Assembly (NCBI GenBank): GCA_963422365.1
Contig: OY729426.1
Span: 192,001-256,000, forward strand
Source: Nitrospirales bacterium
Lineage (GTDB): Bacteria; Nitrospirota; Nitrospiria; Nitrospirales; UBA8639
Direction of reading: 5' to 3'
Length of the DNA: 64,000 bases
Under the pieces are notes generated by a model. That model searched no databases and had not been told where the DNA came from. It saw only the letters and a list, made by a program, of their open reading frames with translations. Position 1 is the stretch's first letter; the number at the start of each line of letters is the position of its first letter. The translations under genes and the position numbers were made by a program. Shown here in pieces: positions 18,977 through 29,189 of the stretch.

Positions 18977-19522
18977 CTAAAATTCCTTTTCCGGAATATC
19001 TTTGAAGGAAACGTTAAAATAGGCAACGTTGGGATGCTGAAATTCCAATCGTTTTTCCCGTTCCGGAAAGGCTCGATCTCCAATTGCCAACAGTTGTTTT
19101 TTGTTCAGATGTAAATTGCGTTTATCGTACACGGCCCACTCGAATTCCTGCGACATGCCTAAGGCATCCACCGGACAGGCCTCGACGCACATCCCACAGA
19201 ACAGACAACGGGTCATGTCCATATCATATTCTTTGGCGTACCGTTTGGTGGGCTCCCCTGGCACCTCGGCACTCACCACGCGAATCACACGAGAGGGACA
19301 AGCCGCCGAACACAGATCACACCCCACGCATTTCTCCGTCTCGTCGTCGTACCGCAGCAGCCCCAACATTCCTCGATAATTGGCCGGCAGATGTTTCTTG
19401 ACATGAGGATATTCCAAGGTAATGGGACGATATCTCAGCAAATGCTTAATCGTCTCTTTCATGCCCATAAGGATTTCAAAAAAGATGAGAGACTGAACCC
19501 ACTTTTTGAGTGTCATCGACAT
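18977..19522 (-). CDS. nuoI: NADH-quinone oxidoreductase subunit I
   Basis: Two CxxCxxCxxxCP 4Fe-4S motifs. Confidence 0.96.
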   Translation of the reverse strand: MSMTLKKWVQSLIFFEILMGMKETIKHLLRYRPITLEYPHVKKHLPANYRGMLGLLRYDDETEKCVGCDLCSAACPSRVIRVVSAEVPGEPTKRYAKEYDMDMTRCLFCGMCVEACPVDALGMSQEFEWAVYDKRNLHLNKKQLLAIGDRAFPEREKRLEFQHPNVAYFNVSFKDIPEKEF

Positions 19523-19535
19523 CTCGACCTCGGCG

Positions 19536-20600
19536 TTACGAATTGGGGAAGATGTAGGCGAAAAGCGACGTCACCACCACATTCCCCAAGGCAATGGGCA
19601 ACAGCACCTTCCACCCAAACCGCATCAACTGGTCATACCGTAATCGCGGCAGCGTGGCACGTATCCAGAAAAATAAAAACAAAAAAAAGTAGACTTTCGC
19701 CGTAAACCAGAAAATCCCCGTCATCCAGGCAAAGTCCCCGGGCGCCTGCAAAAACGAAAAGGGAGCATGCCAGCCACCGAAGAACAAGACGGTGGCCATG
19801 CACGAGACCAGAATCATGTTCGCGTATTCCGCCAAAAAGAAAAACGCGAAACGCATGCCACTATATTCCGTAAAGAAACCCGCGACCAATTCGCTTTCCG
19901 CTTCGGGCAGGTCAAAAGGGAGCCGATTGGTTTCGGCCACGGAGGCAATCAAAAATACGACAAAGGCAATGAATTGCGGAAAGGGTAAGGGATCGAAAGC
20001 AAACCAATTCCAAAAACCGCCGGCTTGCGATTCAGTGATGACGACCAAGCTCAAACTCCCCGACAACAATAAAACCCCGACAATCGCCAACCCCACGTTG
20101 AGTTCATAGCTGATCAACTGGGCCGCCGACCGGAGTCCGCCCAACAATGAGTATTTACTGTTGGAGGCCCATCCACCGAGGATGACCCCGTACGCCCCGA
20201 TTGACGCAAACGCCAAAACGTACAGTACGCCGATATTGATATCGCTGATCACAAAGGGCTTAAATTCAACACCCAGAACCTCCACCGTCCAGTTCGGACC
20301 GAACGGAATGACGGCAAACCCGATCAAGGCCGGCACCAACACGATAAGAGGGGCCAGACTGAACAGAATCTTGTTCGCACCGGCCGGAATGATGTCTTCC
20401 TTGAAAAACAATTTCAGCCCGTCAGCCACCGGCTGCAAAATCCCATACGGGCCCACTTCCATCGGACCCATACGGTCTTGCATCCAACTGAGCACTTTTC
20501 GTTCCAATAGGGTCAGGAGCGCCACGGTCAGCAAGACCACGCCCATCACGGCCCCAATTTGCGATAAGGTCAAGGCCAATTTAATGCTGGTCTCAAGCAC
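19536..20600 (-). CDS. nuoH: NADH-quinone oxidoreductase subunit H
   Basis: [43 protein letters not shown]. Confidence 0.97.
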   Translation of the reverse strand: MLETSIKLALTLSQIGAVMGVVLLTVALLTLLERKVLSWMQDRMGPMEVGPYGILQPVADGLKLFFKEDIIPAGANKILFSLAPLIVLVPALIGFAVIPFGPNWTVEVLGVEFKPFVISDINIGVLYVLAFASIGAYGVILGGWASNSKYSLLGGLRSAAQLISYELNVGLAIVGVLLLSGSLSLVVITESQAGGFWNWFAFDPLPFPQFIAFVVFLIASVAETNRLPFDLPEAESELVAGFFTEYSGMRFAFFFLAEYANMILVSCMATVLFFGGWHAPFSFLQAPGDFAWMTGIFWFTAKVYFFLFLFFWIRATLPRLRYDQLMRFGWKVLLPIALGNVVVTSLFAYIFPNS

Positions 20601-20695
20601 AGAAACGCTCCTCGTGTTGATCCCGGGTCATGGCCCGGGAGAGGCTTGGGGTAGACAAAGGGATGAATACGATCATCCGGTTTCCGAACATGCCG

Positions 20696-23371
20696 TCAAT
20701 GAACCTTGACGATAGTGACTGCCGTCGCCTTCCACTCGGGCACATGGTTCTGCGGATCGACCTTCAACGAGAATAACGCCCGCATGGATTGATCGAAGTG
20801 TTCAGGAAACCATGCGACGGCATCGGGCACACGATCATTCAGTTTCACAGAAGCGGTGGCTTGTCCGCAATCATTCGAGAGCCGAACGGGATGACCTTCT
20901 TCAATCCCCAATCGTCGGGCCTCATCGGAATTGATTTGAAGAAGACCTTCTCCTTGAATTTCCATCAATCCCTTCGCGCGTGTACTGTATTTTCCAGAAT
21001 GATACAGCGACTGGACCAACCGCAACGTCATCGACCCTTGTGGGACGGAGGAGGGCAGATCGATCGTATACCGCCGATCGATATCCTCCTTGAACCCCCT
21101 TGTCACGTAGTGCGCAACCACATCCGCATTGACTCTTGGCGGTGTGGCAGCCAAGCCCAGGAGCCCATACCCTGGAATCACGCCACGTATTTCCTTGAAG
21201 ATGTCTTTCACTTCACCGTACTCCATGGGATGCCCCATCAACACCGACAAGGCCGAAAACATTTCCCAATCAGGGCGACTCTCCCCTACCGGCTCAATCG
21301 ACTGGCGAACGGGCTGGACGTGGCCTTCCGTATTGGTAAACGTGCCATCCTTTTCCATGGCCGAACACGCCGGAAAGACGACATGCCCCCGCTTCGCGGT
21401 TTCCGTTAAAAACAGTTCCTGGCAGACCAACAACTCCAACGCATCAAGCGCCTCGGTCACATGGGCATCGGCCGGCAACGATTCAACCGGATTTTCTCCG
21501 ACGATAAACAACGATTTGATACTGCCGGCCTTGGCCCGACTCAACATATCCGGCAAGGTGGCCGAGGCTCCTCTAGGAACCGCTTGCCCCCAGGCTTGCG
21601 CGAAGACCGCCTGCCTCTCTTCATCATGAAGATCGGCGGGACCTGGAAAATATTCGGCAACGGCACCCATTTCCACGGCGCCCTGCTCATTATTCGCTTC
21701 AGCCAAGCAGCCAAGCCCCGAGCCCCGACTCTGGAGATGCCCCGTGAGGATCTGAAGATCGAGGAGGTTGGTCACCACCCCTTCTCCTCCAAGCGAACGA
21801 AGGACATCCCTGCCGACCAAGATCACGACACGTTGAGCCTGCGTATACGTCCGGGCCGCCACTTCAAAATCCGTTTGCGGGAGACCGGACTGTTCTTGGA
21901 TCGTCTGCCAAGCAACCTGGGCCACGTTGGTCCGTATCGTTTGCACAAACTCCGGCGCCTGTTTGGCGATCTCCTCATGGACCAGGGGTAACTCGACCAC
22001 GGCCTTCAAAAGCCCTAGGATGGCCGCGGCAAACTGTCCGCTCTTCACCGTCAAGTGATGCCGGGAAAGCGTCGCAATATGACTCACCGTCGAGCGGACC
22101 GGAAGCTGTGATTCAAGTGTGATCAGTTGCGCTCCACCGCGTTTCACGGCTTGCTTCACCTGCAGGGCCGTAATGGGATTGGCCTCATTGATGGTCGTGC
22201 CAACCAGCATGATACCGTCGGCTTGGGCTATGTCCTCATATCGAACCGTCCATCGATGGGTGCCCTGCACCCGCCGTAGCGCTCGTACGCCGTTGATATA
22301 CCCGTACCGTGGGCTGCTATCGATCTGATTCGTCCCGATCACGAGACGCATGAATTTCTGAAACAGATACAGATCTTCATTGGTACATCGAGCCGTCATG
22401 AGCCCACCGATCGCATCAGCCCCATGCGCCGCCTTAATAGCCATGAACTGCCGGGCCACGTATTCCAACGCTTCTTCCCACGTGACTTGGGTAAAGGAGC
22501 CATCGGCCTGACGCATGAGCGGATGCTGCACGCGGTCGGGATGGACACTGGCATGATAGCCGAAATACCCACGGACGCAGAGATCCCCGTTGTTTCGGCC
22601 GGCCCCCAACGCTGAATTCACTTCGATCAATTGATGATCTTTTCGCTGAACCGTAATCTGACACCCATCCCCGCAATAGGAACAAATGGTTTCCGTTCGT
22701 TTCAGCATCCACGGACGAAAGTCATACATCGACAACCGACTGGTAATGGCCCCGACCGGACAAATCTGAATACACCCGCCACACATATCACACTTAAGCT
22801 CATTGCCGGCCCAATGCGTAATCTGCGTGAGCGTGCCACGCCCTTCAGCCGCCAACGCTTGGGCGTCCATCACTTCGTCGCAATACCGCACACAGCGCAT
22901 GCACGACACACAACGATTCATTTGTGTTTCAATGACCGGGCTGAGGTATTGTTTCGGAAACACCCGCTTCAATTCATGAAACCGGCTGACGGTGGGCGTG
23001 TACTCATGAGAAAAATCCTGCAGGTCACAGCGGCCGCCCTGATCGCACACCGGGCAATCGAGGGGATGATTGCCTAACAACAACTCCAACACTGATTTCC
23101 GCGCGGTCTCGACAGGCGGCACCGACGACCGCACGACCATGCCTTCGGCCACCCGCGTGCTGCACGAGGTCTGGAGTTTGGAAATTTTTTCGATTTCCAC
23201 CAAACACATCCGACAATTGGCGTCAGGCTCCAACTTAGGGTGGTAACAAAAATGCGGTACCATCACGCCCACTTGTCGTGCCGCCTCGATCACAAGCGTA
23301 CCTTCCGGAACCCGTGTCTTGATTCCATCGATCGTGACCGTCAGCATGTTGGGGGATTGTGGGCTCGACAT
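20696..23371 (-). CDS. nuoG: NADH-quinone oxidoreductase subunit G
   Basis: CYHPKL..CRMCLVE, NHPLDCPVCDQGGRC, CVSCMRC, CSYCGDGC plus molybdopterin-oxidoreductase-like domain. Confidence 0.95.
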   Translation of the reverse strand: MSSPQSPNMLTVTIDGIKTRVPEGTLVIEAARQVGVMVPHFCYHPKLEPDANCRMCLVEIEKISKLQTSCSTRVAEGMVVRSSVPPVETARKSVLELLLGNHPLDCPVCDQGGRCDLQDFSHEYTPTVSRFHELKRVFPKQYLSPVIETQMNRCVSCMRCVRYCDEVMDAQALAAEGRGTLTQITHWAGNELKCDMCGGCIQICPVGAITSRLSMYDFRPWMLKRTETICSYCGDGCQITVQRKDHQLIEVNSALGAGRNNGDLCVRGYFGYHASVHPDRVQHPLMRQADGSFTQVTWEEALEYVARQFMAIKAAHGADAIGGLMTARCTNEDLYLFQKFMRLVIGTNQIDSSPRYGYINGVRALRRVQGTHRWTVRYEDIAQADGIMLVGTTINEANPITALQVKQAVKRGGAQLITLESQLPVRSTVSHIATLSRHHLTVKSGQFAAAILGLLKAVVELPLVHEEIAKQAPEFVQTIRTNVAQVAWQTIQEQSGLPQTDFEVAARTYTQAQRVVILVGRDVLRSLGGEGVVTNLLDLQILTGHLQSRGSGLGCLAEANNEQGAVEMGAVAEYFPGPADLHDEERQAVFAQAWGQAVPRGASATLPDMLSRAKAGSIKSLFIVGENPVESLPADAHVTEALDALELLVCQELFLTETAKRGHVVFPACSAMEKDGTFTNTEGHVQPVRQSIEPVGESRPDWEMFSALSVLMGHPMEYGEVKDIFKEIRGVIPGYGLLGLAATPPRVNADVVAHYVTRGFKEDIDRRYTIDLPSSVPQGSMTLRLVQSLYHSGKYSTRAKGLMEIQGEGLLQINSDEARRLGIEEGHPVRLSNDCGQATASVKLNDRVPDAVAWFPEHFDQSMRALFSLKVDPQNHVPEWKATAVTIVKVH

Positions 23372-23380
23372 GGTCAGTTT

Positions 23381-24691
23381 TTACGACACACTGAGGACAG
23401 GGATTTCTTTTCTGCTCGCCTTGAGTGCCTCAGCCTCTTCAATCAAGACCTCATACTCATCCCGCCAATATTTCAACGTACTTTGAACCGGGGCAATTTC
23501 CGCATCTCCAAACGCACAGACCGTTCGACCACCGATGTTTTTGCAAATTTCCGCAAGCGTCTGTAAATCTTCCGGTCGTCCTTGTTTGTTCAGCACTCGT
23601 TGTAAAATCTGGACAATCCAGGCACTGCCTTCCCGACAAGGCGTACACTTTCCACACGATTCATGATAGAAAAATTCCATCAATCGAAGGGCCGCCCACA
23701 CCATGCTCGTGCCTTCTTCCATCACGGTAATCCCACCAGACCCAGACATCGAGCCCGCCAGGGCCACCGACTCGAAATTCAATTGAACATCGACGTGTGC
23801 CGGGGTCAAAAACGGCGCTGACGCCCCGCCAGGGATAAATGCCTTGAGCGGCTTTTCAGACCTCATGCCTCCCCCAAGCTCATAAATCAAATCTCGGAAC
23901 GTCGCGTTCACGGGCAATTCATAATTCCCCGGATGTTTCACATGGCCACTCAAACAAAAAACCCGTGTTCCCGTGCTCTTGGGCGGCGCACCAATCGAGG
24001 CATACCATGCTGCCCCTCGATTCACGATATGGGGGATGTTGGCCAACGTCTCGACATTATTGACGACTGTAGGTTTCTGATAGAGACCATGCGTGGCAGG
24101 GAACGGCGGCTTCGTCCGAGGTTTCCCTCGTTTTCCTTCCAATGATTCGAGCAGCGCGGTTTCTTCACCACAAATATAGGCGCCAGCCCCTGCATGCACG
24201 TAGATATGAACGGTGACCCCGCTGCCGTAAATATCGGAGCCTAAGTGCCCGGCCTGGTTTGCTTCGGCAATCGCATGCTCCAGGATTTTCGTGGCAAGCC
24301 GAAATTCACCCCTTATATAGATATAGGCCGTTTTCGCCCCAATGGCATAACAAGAGATGGCAATGCCTTCAAGGATTTGGTGGGGATCTCGCTCCATCAA
24401 TTGACGGTCTTTAAACGTACCCGGCTCACTCTCATCGGCATTACAGCAGAGGTATTTGGGACCGGGATGGTTTTGGGGAATAAAGCCCCATTTCACCCCG
24501 GTGGGAAAGCCTGCACCGCCCCGACCCCGCAGGCCGGATTGTTTCACCATCTCGACAAGGTCATTGGAAGACACCTTCCCCAGAACGGTTTTCAACGCCT
24601 GATACCCACCGCCCTCTTCATAATCCGAAAGAGACCCCGTGTAGCCGGGTTGTTCCATATTGGTTAAGAGAATCTTTTCAAAGGTCTTCAT
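23381..24691 (-). CDS. nuoF: NADH-quinone oxidoreductase subunit F
   Basis: SGLRGRGGAGFPTG, NADESEPG, GAYICGEETAL, ESCGKCTPCREG; start overlaps the nuoE stop. Confidence 0.97.
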   Translation of the reverse strand: MKTFEKILLTNMEQPGYTGSLSDYEEGGGYQALKTVLGKVSSNDLVEMVKQSGLRGRGGAGFPTGVKWGFIPQNHPGPKYLCCNADESEPGTFKDRQLMERDPHQILEGIAISCYAIGAKTAYIYIRGEFRLATKILEHAIAEANQAGHLGSDIYGSGVTVHIYVHAGAGAYICGEETALLESLEGKRGKPRTKPPFPATHGLYQKPTVVNNVETLANIPHIVNRGAAWYASIGAPPKSTGTRVFCLSGHVKHPGNYELPVNATFRDLIYELGGGMRSEKPLKAFIPGGASAPFLTPAHVDVQLNFESVALAGSMSGSGGITVMEEGTSMVWAALRLMEFFYHESCGKCTPCREGSAWIVQILQRVLNKQGRPEDLQTLAEICKNIGGRTVCAFGDAEIAPVQSTLKYWRDEYEVLIEEAEALKASRKEIPVLSVS

Positions 24692-25224
24692 TGTGGCACA
24701 ACGCCCTCGCCCCGTTCGGGGAACATAAAGGGACCGCTTTTCAGTGAACAATCGCCGGACTCTCGTAAGGCTTGGACAATCTGTCCGACTTTTTCTTCCG
24801 TAAGCCGCTCATAATAGTCGTCATTAATTTGCATCATCGGCCCGGTTCCACACGACCCTAAACATTCTACCGTACTCAGGGTAAACAGTTTATCCTTGGT
24901 AGTCTGGCCGACACCAACATCCAAATGGTTGCGCAACCATTCAATCAGGGGGTCGGCCCCAACCAGCGCGCACATTAACGACCGGCACACTTGGACATGG
25001 AATGTCCCAATCGGTTTGAGATTGAGCATGGTATAAAACGTCGCCGTCTCAAACACTTGGGGAGGGGTGAGATCTAAAATGCCGGCAATCTCCCGCATGG
25101 CGGCTTGGCTCACGTACCCCTCTTCCTTTTGCGCCAAATTCAACAAGGGAAGGAGGGCCGAACGCTTCACCGGATATCGGCTCAGAATTTCATCAATGGT
25201 GTCTTGATGTTTCTCGAAGACCAT
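24688..25224 (-). CDS. nuoE: NADH-quinone oxidoreductase subunit E
   Basis: CRSLMC..ECLGSC 2Fe-2S motif. Confidence 0.96.
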   Translation of the reverse strand: MVFEKHQDTIDEILSRYPVKRSALLPLLNLAQKEEGYVSQAAMREIAGILDLTPPQVFETATFYTMLNLKPIGTFHVQVCRSLMCALVGADPLIEWLRNHLDVGVGQTTKDKLFTLSTVECLGSCGTGPMMQINDDYYERLTEEKVGQIVQALRESGDCSLKSGPFMFPERGEGVVPQ

Positions 25225-25275
25225 GCTGCCTTATGGGACATCCTGCGTGATGAGATGTCGTCGCTCGCCGACCAT

Positions 25276-27027
25276 TCACCGATCACATTCACCCATGACG
25301 ATGTCATAGGTGCCGAAAATAGTAATAATATCAGAAATCAGAGAGCCGCGGGCCATAAAATCAAACGCACCCATATGGACAAACGAGGGTGAGCGGATTT
25401 TCATCCGATAGGGCCGAGGGCTCCCGTCACTAATCAAGAAAAACCCCAGTTCACCTTTGGGCACCTCCGTCCCGCAATAGGTCTCCCCCTTCGGTGGCTT
25501 AAACCCCTGTGTAAAGATGATGAAATGATGGATCAAGCTTTCCATGTCCCGCATGACCTTGGGTTTGGCCGGGGGAATGACTTGTGGCCTATCCGCCATA
25601 ATGGGGCCCTCCGGCAACTGATCCAAGCATTGCGCAATGATTCGAGCACTTTGCTTCATTTCTTCGACGCGAATCCAATACCGATCATACGTGTCTCCGT
25701 CTTTGCCGACCGGCACGTCCCAGTCCACTCGGTCATAGACACCATACGGCTCGAGTTTGCGCACATCATAGGCCACTCCCGAGCCACGAAGCGTCGGCCC
25801 CGTGAGCCCGAAGTTAATCGCATCTTCCCCGGACACGACAGCCACGCCCTTGGTTCTGGCCACCCAGATCCGATTCTTTTTCAGCAACGTGTCATATTCC
25901 TGCACGTGTTGAGGAAACGTTTTCAAAAAACCACGAAGGCGTTCAATCAGTTCCGGAGTGAGATCACTGTCCACCCCTCCAATGCGATAATAATTCAGCG
26001 TTAATCGCGCGCCACATAATTGTTCAAAGAAGTCGAGCAACACTTCCCGCTCACGAAACGTCCAAAAGAATACCGTCATGGCCCCAATATCCAAAGCTTG
26101 TGTGCCTAACCAAAAGAGGTGGCCGACAATTCGCTGGACTTCGGCCACGATCGTCCGGACATACTCGGCCCGCTCCGGCAGTGTCACGCCGACCATTTTT
26201 TCAACGGCGCGAACGTAGGCATAGTTGTTCGTCATGGCACACACGTAATCCAAGCGATCCGTATGCGGGATAACCTGCATATAATGGAGACCTTCAGCGA
26301 GTTTTTCGACGCCGCGATGCAGATACCCCATGTCGGGAATGGCTTTGGTAATTCGCTCGCCATCTAGTTCCAGCACCACCCGCAAGACGCCATGAGTGCT
26401 AGGGTGCTGCGGTCCCATATTGAGCAACAATTCGGTCGTGCGCTTGGAGGAGTCAGGATGATCCCCAGCCAGAAAGACGTGCCGCTGATCGTGCGGAAGG
26501 TCGCGTTCGGTCCATGCACTCTCCGGTTCATCCAAGCGGGGAAGAAAATCGAAGGTACTTCTCCACCCTCTGCCTTCGGTGGGAAAATCCTTTCGCAGGG
26601 GATAGCCTTCCGCATAATCTTCCGGCAAAAGAATCCGCCGTAAGTCCGGATGCCCCTCAAATGTGATCCCCATCAGATCGAACACTTCGCGTTCGAGAAA
26701 ATTCGCGCCTTTCCAGATGGGCGTAATGGATCCAATGGTGGGACGATCTTCGGACACGCGGGCTTTCACGCGAATCCGGGTGTGATGCGGGAGGGAGAGA
26801 AAGTGATAGATGACTTCAAACCGTTCCAGGTCATCAGGATAGTCGGCTGAACAAATGTCGGTCAGATGGTCGAAGGCCATGCCGGGATCATCATGAAGGA
26901 ATCGCGCCACGTCCACGAAATCCTGCGCTCGCACCTGGGCTGAGAGGTCTCCCTGCTTGGGATCCTCGCGAACAGCCAGGACGGCCTCGGGAAAACGCTC
27001 GTGTAAGATTTCAAGAACTCGATGCAT
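25276..27027 (-). CDS. nuoCD: NADH-quinone oxidoreductase fused subunit C/D
   Basis: EREVFDLMGI..GHPDLRRIL (C domain); NMGPQHPSTHGVLR, GYLHRGVEK, DIVMGECDR (D domain). Confidence 0.97.
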   Translation of the reverse strand: MHRVLEILHERFPEAVLAVREDPKQGDLSAQVRAQDFVDVARFLHDDPGMAFDHLTDICSADYPDDLERFEVIYHFLSLPHHTRIRVKARVSEDRPTIGSITPIWKGANFLEREVFDLMGITFEGHPDLRRILLPEDYAEGYPLRKDFPTEGRGWRSTFDFLPRLDEPESAWTERDLPHDQRHVFLAGDHPDSSKRTTELLLNMGPQHPSTHGVLRVVLELDGERITKAIPDMGYLHRGVEKLAEGLHYMQVIPHTDRLDYVCAMTNNYAYVRAVEKMVGVTLPERAEYVRTIVAEVQRIVGHLFWLGTQALDIGAMTVFFWTFREREVLLDFFEQLCGARLTLNYYRIGGVDSDLTPELIERLRGFLKTFPQHVQEYDTLLKKNRIWVARTKGVAVVSGEDAINFGLTGPTLRGSGVAYDVRKLEPYGVYDRVDWDVPVGKDGDTYDRYWIRVEEMKQSARIIAQCLDQLPEGPIMADRPQVIPPAKPKVMRDMESLIHHFIIFTQGFKPPKGETYCGTEVPKGELGFFLISDGSPRPYRMKIRSPSFVHMGAFDFMARGSLISDIITIFGTYDIVMGECDR

Positions 27028-27096
27028 GGTGCATCCTCTTGGCAATTTGATCATGCCAGAAAGTTCTACATTTGACTTTTCTCTTTTATAAACAAC

Positions 27097-27828
27097 CTAG
27101 AATTCAACTCTGACTTGTGCACCTAACCATGCCCCATACATAAAAATTGGGATAAAATGCAACGTTACAGCTATCGCGTGGACAATCTCCAATTCGTAAA
27201 GGACACTTGTTTTCTCTGCTAAGGCTTCAAACAGAGGACTCACCATTGCTCCAATCACAAACATGATCCCACTGATTACGATCAAACCTATAGAGAACCA
27301 GAAACTGGGAACAAAATCTACGCGCCCCTTGACTATGCTTGGCACAGTCCAAAGCGAGAGATTTGATGAATCAAGAATTCCGAGTATAGACATATCACTC
27401 AATAAAAAAATGAGTACTGTGCCACCAAGCAAGGGAATGTTTAGTGGTATCCACACCAAACCACCTAGTATTGGGATGAAAAGCAGAATGCCATTTATTA
27501 CAAACAGAGTGCCAATAAGCATGAAAAATTTTCCTGGTTCCACGGCTATAAATTGCCATGGGAAACTCCATGCCGCATCCTCGGCAAAGCCGAAGATTAT
27601 AGGAGCAAGGGTAAAGATCATTACTACCATTCCTCCTAATTGGAATGCAGGGCGTAGAAACCCATAAAGACAACCAACAAAATCGCCATGAACACCTTCG
27701 CTCTTTCCCACAACCATGAATGCAATGCCCGTTGGGATTACGTAAAAAGCAAGATACTCAAGTCCTGCAACATATGTTTCCCAGTATGTCAGTACCATAA
27801 GGCCAGCAAGTACGGAATCCCAAAACAT
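27097..27828 (-). CDS. Hypothetical polytopic membrane protein inserted in the nuo operon
   Basis: 243-aa ORF with several hydrophobic helices; visibly AT-richer than the flanking nuo genes. Confidence 0.7.
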   Translation of the reverse strand: MFWDSVLAGLMVLTYWETYVAGLEYLAFYVIPTGIAFMVVGKSEGVHGDFVGCLYGFLRPAFQLGGMVVMIFTLAPIIFGFAEDAAWSFPWQFIAVEPGKFFMLIGTLFVINGILLFIPILGGLVWIPLNIPLLGGTVLIFLLSDMSILGILDSSNLSLWTVPSIVKGRVDFVPSFWFSIGLIVISGIMFVIGAMVSPLFEALAEKTSVLYELEIVHAIAVTLHFIPIFMYGAWLGAQVRVEF

Positions 27829-27846
27829 GGTTATTCGCTTTTTGAC

Positions 27847-27917
27847 ATCTAACGTCAGGAGACATCAAAAAATTGCTCGGTGCAAAGCGAATTTCCGTCT
27901 ATCCTGATCTTCATATG
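27847..27917 (-). mobile_element. Degenerate attC-like stem-loop ending in core site GTTAGAT
   Basis: Minus strand AAGATCAGGA..AAATT..GC..GC.AATTT..TCCTGAC-GTTAGAT, an imperfect inverted repeat 18 bp before the start codon. Confidence 0.4.
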
Positions 27918-27930
27918 CGGCCCTCTCTTC

Positions 27931-28410
27931 TTACTTTACAAAGACTTTTTCTTTTTGAATTTTCTCTTGTAACTTAATCAAGGCATCCAACAGCGCTTCC
28001 GGACGCGGGGGACATCCCGCCACGTAGACATCGACCGGCACGATTTGATCCACCCCTTGCACCACACTATAACTGTTGTAATGATTGCCTGAGGTCGCAC
28101 AGGACCCCATGGAGATCACATAGCGCGGTTCGGCCATTTGATCATAAATGCGCCGAATCACTGGCGCCATCTTTCGACAGACGGTTCCGGCCACGATCAT
28201 GACGTCGGATTGTCTGGGAGAGGCACGAAAGACCCCGGCCCCGAATCGATCGATGTCATACCGGGAGGACACCGACGCAATCATTTCAATGGCACAACAG
28301 GCGAGCCCGAACGTCATCGGCCATAAGGCCGACTTCCGGCACCAACTCACCAGAGAATCAAGATTGGTGGTAAGAATATTGGGTTCAAACTGTCGTTCAA
28401 GCATACTCAT
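27931..28410 (-). CDS. nuoB: NADH-quinone oxidoreductase subunit B
   Basis: [35 protein letters not shown]. Confidence 0.97.
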   Translation of the reverse strand: MSMLERQFEPNILTTNLDSLVSWCRKSALWPMTFGLACCAIEMIASVSSRYDIDRFGAGVFRASPRQSDVMIVAGTVCRKMAPVIRRIYDQMAEPRYVISMGSCATSGNHYNSYSVVQGVDQIVPVDVYVAGCPPRPEALLDALIKLQEKIQKEKVFVK

Positions 28411-28483
28411 AGTTGTCACTCCACCGAAATTTACATTTCGTCATTCTGATTTCTTTCTTGTCAGCCTCGCAGGCGCTCTTTCT

Positions 28484-28572
28484 GTCATCCCCACAGTTTT
28501 CAGCAGGGGTCCAGGCAGGTGTAGCGCCGCATCCCGGGTCACCTGTCTGCGTGCGGACACGCAAAGGCAGAC
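28484..28572. repeat. Two REP-like palindromic remnants in the nuoA-nuoB spacer
   Basis: GTCATCCCCAC..GCAGGGGTCCAG and ACCTGTCTGCGTGCGGACACGCAAAGGCAGAC. Confidence 0.45.
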
Positions 28573-28738
28573 GGCTCAGGACAGGCCTCATGCGGCCTTT
28601 CCTTGTAGGGTGGCATCTTATACCGCCAGGAAGAAGCCAACCACCAACGCCAGAACTACCCGCCCCACCACGGCCCACAGAAAAAGCAAACACACGTGCA
28701 TGGGGCGGAACCGTAGCACACGGAACAACATCTGGGCC

Positions 28739-29110
28739 TCACTCCCATTCCAACGCCCCTTTTTTCCAGACGTACCAAAACCCAACCACTAAGATGGCAA
28801 TAAAGACCCCCATTTCAATGAGTCCCAACAATCCCAACTTGTGAAACACCACCGCCCACGGAAACATAAAGACGATTTCAATATCAAACACGACAAACAA
28901 CATCGCGATAATGTAATACCGCATCGGAAACTGAATGCGGGCATCCATAAAGAGTGGGCTCCCGCTCTCATACGGAAGAAGTTTCGCGCGATAGGGCCGA
29001 CTAGGTCGCGCGATCCATCCTGCCACCAGCGACACCACGCCAAACCCCAGCGCAATGATGGCAAAGATGGCGATGGGGATATAATTGAGAGGAACCGACT
29101 CGCCGCCCAC
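28739..29110 (-). CDS. nuoA: NADH-quinone oxidoreductase subunit A
   Basis: PYESG, YYIIAMLFVVFDIEIVFMFPWA, WKKGALEW. Confidence 0.96.
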   Translation of the reverse strand: MGGESVPLNYIPIAIFAIIALGFGVVSLVAGWIARPSRPYRAKLLPYESGSPLFMDARIQFPMRYYIIAMLFVVFDIEIVFMFPWAVVFHKLGLLGLIEMGVFIAILVVGFWYVWKKGALEWE

Positions 29111-29189
29111 CTCAGTACACCCCCCGCTTTCGCGAGGGCAGGCTCATGTAACCGATGTTGATCATCACACTCCTATCCGATCATTACAG

